Source of the DNA: an uncultured bacterium
GTDB lineage: Bacteria; Krumholzibacteriota; Krumholzibacteriia; LZORAL124-64-63
Assembly (NCBI GenBank): GCA_963732385.1
Contig: CAVSZB010000007.1
Location: 1,120,001 to 1,184,000 of the forward strand
DNA length: 64,000 nucleotides
Direction of reading: 5' to 3'
A program made the position numbers and the translations under genes. Positions 60,804 to 64,000 of the stretch are shown one piece after another. Numbering within the stretch: position 1 is the stretch's first letter; each line of letters opens with the position of its first letter. Under the pieces are notes generated by a model. That model saw only the letters and a program-made list of their open reading frames with translations. It made no database searches and was not told where the DNA came from.

Positions 60804-61118
60804 CGCTACCCTCCCCGGAAAAGCACTCGGAGGCCGCGGGCGAGGCTGGCGAGACTGTAATGTTACGACAGGTTCGGAGTGTCGCGCCAGAGGAGGGACG
60901 GCAGGGCGGGCTTTGCCGCGCCGGAATCGCCCCCGCAACCGACGAGGAGGAGTGCGAGGGCGATCGGGGGGAGTCCGGCGATTCGCACGATCGACATGGC
61001 GTCCGCTTCCCGTTGAGGCCTGGTGGCGGATCGCGGTCTGGAATACGGCAAACACCGAGCCACGAGTCGTTTAGGCCGGAACGAAGACCTCCTTCGTCCA
61101 GCGGAATCGGCGTGGAAT

Positions 61119-61184
61119 TTGATTGACATTCGGATCCATTAATATAGTTTCGATCTTTATAGACTGTGAACATTGGCACAGTCT
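61119..61184 (+). promoter_or_regulatory. Sigma70-like promoter followed by the palindromic box AGACTGTG-N8-CACAGTCT
   Basis: TTGACA at 61123 (or TTGATT at 61119) with TATAGT/TAGTTT at 61143-61150; 8-bp perfect inverted repeat at 61161-61184 with core TGTGA-N6-GCACA. Confidence 0.7.
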
Positions 61185-61226
61185 GTCCGCCAGGACGCCA
61201 GGCGTCCGCCCCTAAGGAGGTTCCCG

Positions 61227-61592
61227 ATGCGCAGGCTGACCCTGAGCCTCGCTGCCCTGCTGCTCTGCTTCGCCGTGGCGATCGCCGCGGCCGAGGACAA
61301 GAAGCCGGAGCCGGCGAAGAAGCTCGACGGCAAGGAGCTGTTCAAGACCAACTGCAAAAGCTGCCACGACGCCAAGTCGCCGCACGGCGAGTACACCCCG
61401 ATGACCTACATCGGCGAGCAGTGGGAGCGCTTCTTCGACGAGAAGCTGGCCGAGACGCACCAGGCGGTCGTCGATACGACCCGCAGCGCCGAGCCGCTCC
61501 TGAAACTGATCACCCCGGAAGAGCTGAAGGAAATGCGCAAATTCTGCGTCGACCACGCAGCCGACTCCGAGCATCCCATGACCTGCGGCTGA
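61227..61592 (+). CDS. Periplasmic monoheme cytochrome c
   Basis: TAAGGAGG RBS, signal peptide, CKSCH, C-terminal HAADSEHPMTCG. Confidence 0.9.
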   Translation: MRRLTLSLAALLLCFAVAIAAAEDKKPEPAKKLDGKELFKTNCKSCHDAKSPHGEYTPMTYIGEQWERFFDEKLAETHQAVVDTTRSAEPLLKLITPEELKEMRKFCVDHAADSEHPMTCG

Positions 61593-61620
61593 ACACCGCA
61601 AGTCCCAGAAGGAGAAACCG

Positions 61621-63339
61621 ATGAAAAGGATTCTGACCGGCGCCCTCTGCCTGCTGCTTGCGAGCGCCGTGGTCGCCCGCGCAGCTGAGCCGAAGCTGGA
61701 GGACCGGGTGAAGGAGCTCGAGGCGAAGGCGGCGAAGGTCAAGGCGCTCGAGGCCGAGGTGGCCAAGGTCAAGACGCTCGAGGCCGAGATCGCCAAGCTG
61801 AAGGCCCTGGAGCCGCGGCTCATGAAGGTCGAGAAGCACGACGCCACCGACCGGCTCCACTTCACCGGCGACTTCCGCTTCGAGGCGCACAACATCCAGG
61901 CCGAGATGCCGGACTTCTATGACGGCATGGTCGTGCAGAACGGCCTCGTCAACACGCTGTTCTACTCGATGCAGAACGACGGCGACTTCCCCACCACGCT
62001 GCAGCAGGTCAACAACTGGATCGCCAACAACTACGGCGACTACCTCTACTTCACGCAGAACCTGACCTTCGGCGACCTGCAGGCCGCCATGGGCATGTTC
62101 ACGCCGCAGCAGCAGGCGGGCCTGATGCAGATGCTGCTGCCGGCCGCGTACACGCAGGGCTACGACGTCAACAATGACATCCTCTACACGTCGCGCCTGC
62201 GGCTGCAGATGGACTCCGAGGTCGCGGAGAACCTCACCTTCGCCGGCCGCCTCGGCATGTACAAGCCGTGGGGCGACAGCTCCGGCGTGCAGGTGCTCAA
62301 CGGGCAGTCCAACTCGCTGAACATCGACGGCACCACCGTCGGCGTGCCCAACAGCGACATTTTGCGGGTCGAGCGGGCCTACTTCGACTGGAAGAACATC
62401 GGCGGCGTGCCGGTCTACCTGTCGATCGGCCGGCGACCCTCCACGGGCGGCGCCCCACTGCACCTGCGCCAGGACGAGCCGCGCGGCGGCACTCCGATGG
62501 GCTCGCTCATCAACTTCCAGTTCGACGGCATCACCGCGGGCTGGCACGTCAACGACAAGTCCACCGTGCGGATCTGCTACGGACTCGGCTACGAGTCGGG
62601 CTTCGGCAACGGCGAGCAGCTCATGTCGCCGGCCGACCGCCTCAAGGACGCCCACTTCCTCGGCCTCAACTGGGACATCTGGAGCACCGACCAGATGTTC
62701 GTGCAGGCGACCGTGGCCCGCGCCTTCGACGTGACCGACGGCTTCAACGGCCTGGTGGTCCTGCCCAACAACCCGCTCACCGGCGCGCCGGTGGGGGCGC
62801 CGGTCGTGATGCGCTTCACGCCGTCGGCCAATCTCGGCGACATCGACCTCGGCAGCCTGGTCGTCATGCGACGCGACGGCCCGCTCGACTGGTTCGCCAG
62901 CATCAACTTCAATCGCTCCGACCCCAACGGCGTGACCACGCCGTTCGGCGGCCTGTTCAGCGACCCGTTCCAGACGCCCGAGCAGCAGGACGGCAACATG
63001 TGGTACGCCGGCCTGCGCTACAGCCTGCCGAACGAGCAGACGAAGGTCGGCTTCGAGTACAATCACGGCTCGAAGTACTGGTTCAACTTCGCGGTGGCCG
63101 AAGACGACATCGTCGCCCCCAAGACCAGCGCCCGCGGCAACGTCTGGGAGCTGTACGCCACGCACCGCATCAACAAGAAGTTCATCGCGAAGCTCGACTA
63201 CATGCGCTACGACTACGAATACTCCGGCTCCGGCTGGCAGCTGGGCGACCCCAAGCAGCTCGACTCCACGCCGGTGCTCGGCTTCCCGACCTACGACACG
63301 GTCGACAAGGTGGCCCTGTCGGTCACGACCCGCTTCTAG
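61621..63339 (+). CDS. DUF3373-like outer-membrane porin with an N-terminal coiled coil
   Basis: Signal peptide, FTGDFRF, SRLRL, LRVERAYFDW, SIGRRPST, GFEYNHGSKYW, C-terminal Phe. Confidence 0.75.
   Translation: MKRILTGALCLLLASAVVARAAEPKLEDRVKELEAKAAKVKALEAEVAKVKTLEAEIAKLKALEPRLMKVEKHDATDRLHFTGDFRFEAHNIQAEMPDFYDGMVVQNGLVNTLFYSMQNDGDFPTTLQQVNNWIANNYGDYLYFTQNLTFGDLQAAMGMFTPQQQAGLMQMLLPAAYTQGYDVNNDILYTSRLRLQMDSEVAENLTFAGRLGMYKPWGDSSGVQVLNGQSNSLNIDGTTVGVPNSDILRVERAYFDWKNIGGVPVYLSIGRRPSTGGAPLHLRQDEPRGGTPMGSLINFQFDGITAGWHVNDKSTVRICYGLGYESGFGNGEQLMSPADRLKDAHFLGLNWDIWSTDQMFVQATVARAFDVTDGFNGLVVLPNNPLTGAPVGAPVVMRFTPSANLGDIDLGSLVVMRRDGPLDWFASINFNRSDPNGVTTPFGGLFSDPFQTPEQQDGNMWYAGLRYSLPNEQTKVGFEYNHGSKYWFNFAVAEDDIVAPKTSARGNVWELYATHRINKKFIAKLDYMRYDYEYSGSGWQLGDPKQLDSTPVLGFPTYDTVDKVALSVTTRF
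61711..61812 (+). repeat. In-frame 30-bp tandem repeat (3.4 copies)
   Basis: KELEAKAAKV KALEAEVAKV KTLEAEIAKL KALE. Confidence 0.85.
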
Positions 63340-63360
63340 GGGTTCGGCAAGGGAGACGCC

Positions 63361-64000
63361 ATGAAGTTCAGATCCGCGCTCTTCCTGCCGGCCATCCTGG
63401 TCTGCGCCGCCGCCTCCGCGGCGGCGCCGGCCGGTGAGCCGGCGTTTTCGCACAAGGAGGCCTTCGAGCACTACGAAGGCACAAAGACCTGCCTGCAGTG
63501 CCATCAGGACGCCGCCGAGGCGTTCTTCCATTCGCAGCACTACCAGTGGCGCGGCGAAACGCCGGCGCTGGTCAACGCGCCCGGCCAGAAGCTCGGCAAG
63601 CTGAACACGATCAACGATTTCTGCACCAACCCGCAGATGAGCTGGATCGGCGTCGTGAAGAACTCCCGCGGCGACGTCATCTCCGAGGGCTGCGCCAAGT
63701 GCCACGCCGGCCTCGGCCGGCTGCCGACCGAGGAGATGAGCCAGGAGCAGCTCGAGAACATCGACTGCCTGATCTGCCACGCCTCGGGCTACCGGCGCGG
63801 TCTCTACTCGTCGGCCACCGGCGGCTGGGAGTGGAAGCCGATCCTCTGGCAGAACCAGGAGGGGCTCGACTCGGTGAGCAAACGCATCGGCCAGCCGACG
63901 CGCCTCACCTGCCTGCGCTGCCACGCCGGCGCCGGCGGCGGCCCCAACTTCAAGCGCGGCGACATCGAGTACGCGCTGGCCGATTGCGACTCGAACTTCG
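63361..64000 (+). CDS. Multiheme cytochrome c, octaheme tetrathionate reductase (OTR) family, partial
   Basis: Hand translation: signal peptide; CLQCH, CAKCH, CLICH, CLRCH; GKLNTINDFC and GGGPNFKRGD parallel the recalled OTR segments GKKNSINNFC and GGGDAVKHGD; absent from the ORF track. Confidence 0.8.
   Translation, partial: MKFRSALFLPAILVCAAASAAAPAGEPAFSHKEAFEHYEGTKTCLQCHQDAAEAFFHSQHYQWRGETPALVNAPGQKLGKLNTINDFCTNPQMSWIGVVKNSRGDVISEGCAKCHAGLGRLPTEEMSQEQLENIDCLICHASGYRRGLYSSATGGWEWKPILWQNQEGLDSVSKRIGQPTRLTCLRCHAGAGGGPNFKRGDIEYALADCDSNF

Noticed and set aside
61040..61105. c-di-GMP-I riboswitch-like fragment CCGGCCTAAAC...TTGCC on the minus strand
   Set aside because: It lacks the GCAAA junctions and the GNRA-capped P2. 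An Infernal search would settle it.

Overview
A high-GC bacterial window of chromosomal type. I found no rRNA, tRNA, CRISPR array or intact mobile element. Two secreted proteins end in a PNPFNP FlgD-Ig-like domain, which suggests an FCB-affiliated lineage such as Krumholzibacteria, Eisenbacteria or Latescibacteria (inference). The left part (1-38 kb) holds transporters, hydrolases, a GNAT-HDAC fusion and a lower-GC patch of secreted proteins. It also holds a birA-oadGAB Na+-decarboxylase cluster, a BlaI/M56-ExbD sensor pair and a lipA operon ending in a sigma54 two-component system, followed by a consensus -24/-12 promoter ahead of two unknown envelope genes. A MacAB-type ABC exporter and a LeuT-like transporter complete this part. 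The right part (38.6-64 kb) is an anaerobic redox region. It starts with a DRTGG/kinase/degenerate [FeFe] sensory module and a bifurcating-type NuoEF (BfuCB) pair coupled to a GltD plus degenerate-molybdopterin subunit (NfnABC/Nso-like). Next come rex, a GAF kinase and a TM1266-like gene, divergent from a non-bifurcating-type HydCBA [FeFe]-hydrogenase. The window ends with a monoheme cytochrome, a DUF3373-like porin and an octaheme OTR-family cytochrome. Related TGTGA-N6-(T/G)CACA boxes precede rex and the cytochrome operon. About 17 single-base insertions confined to 41.8-46.8 kb look like a consensus artefact. All family calls come from recalled motifs, not from database searches.
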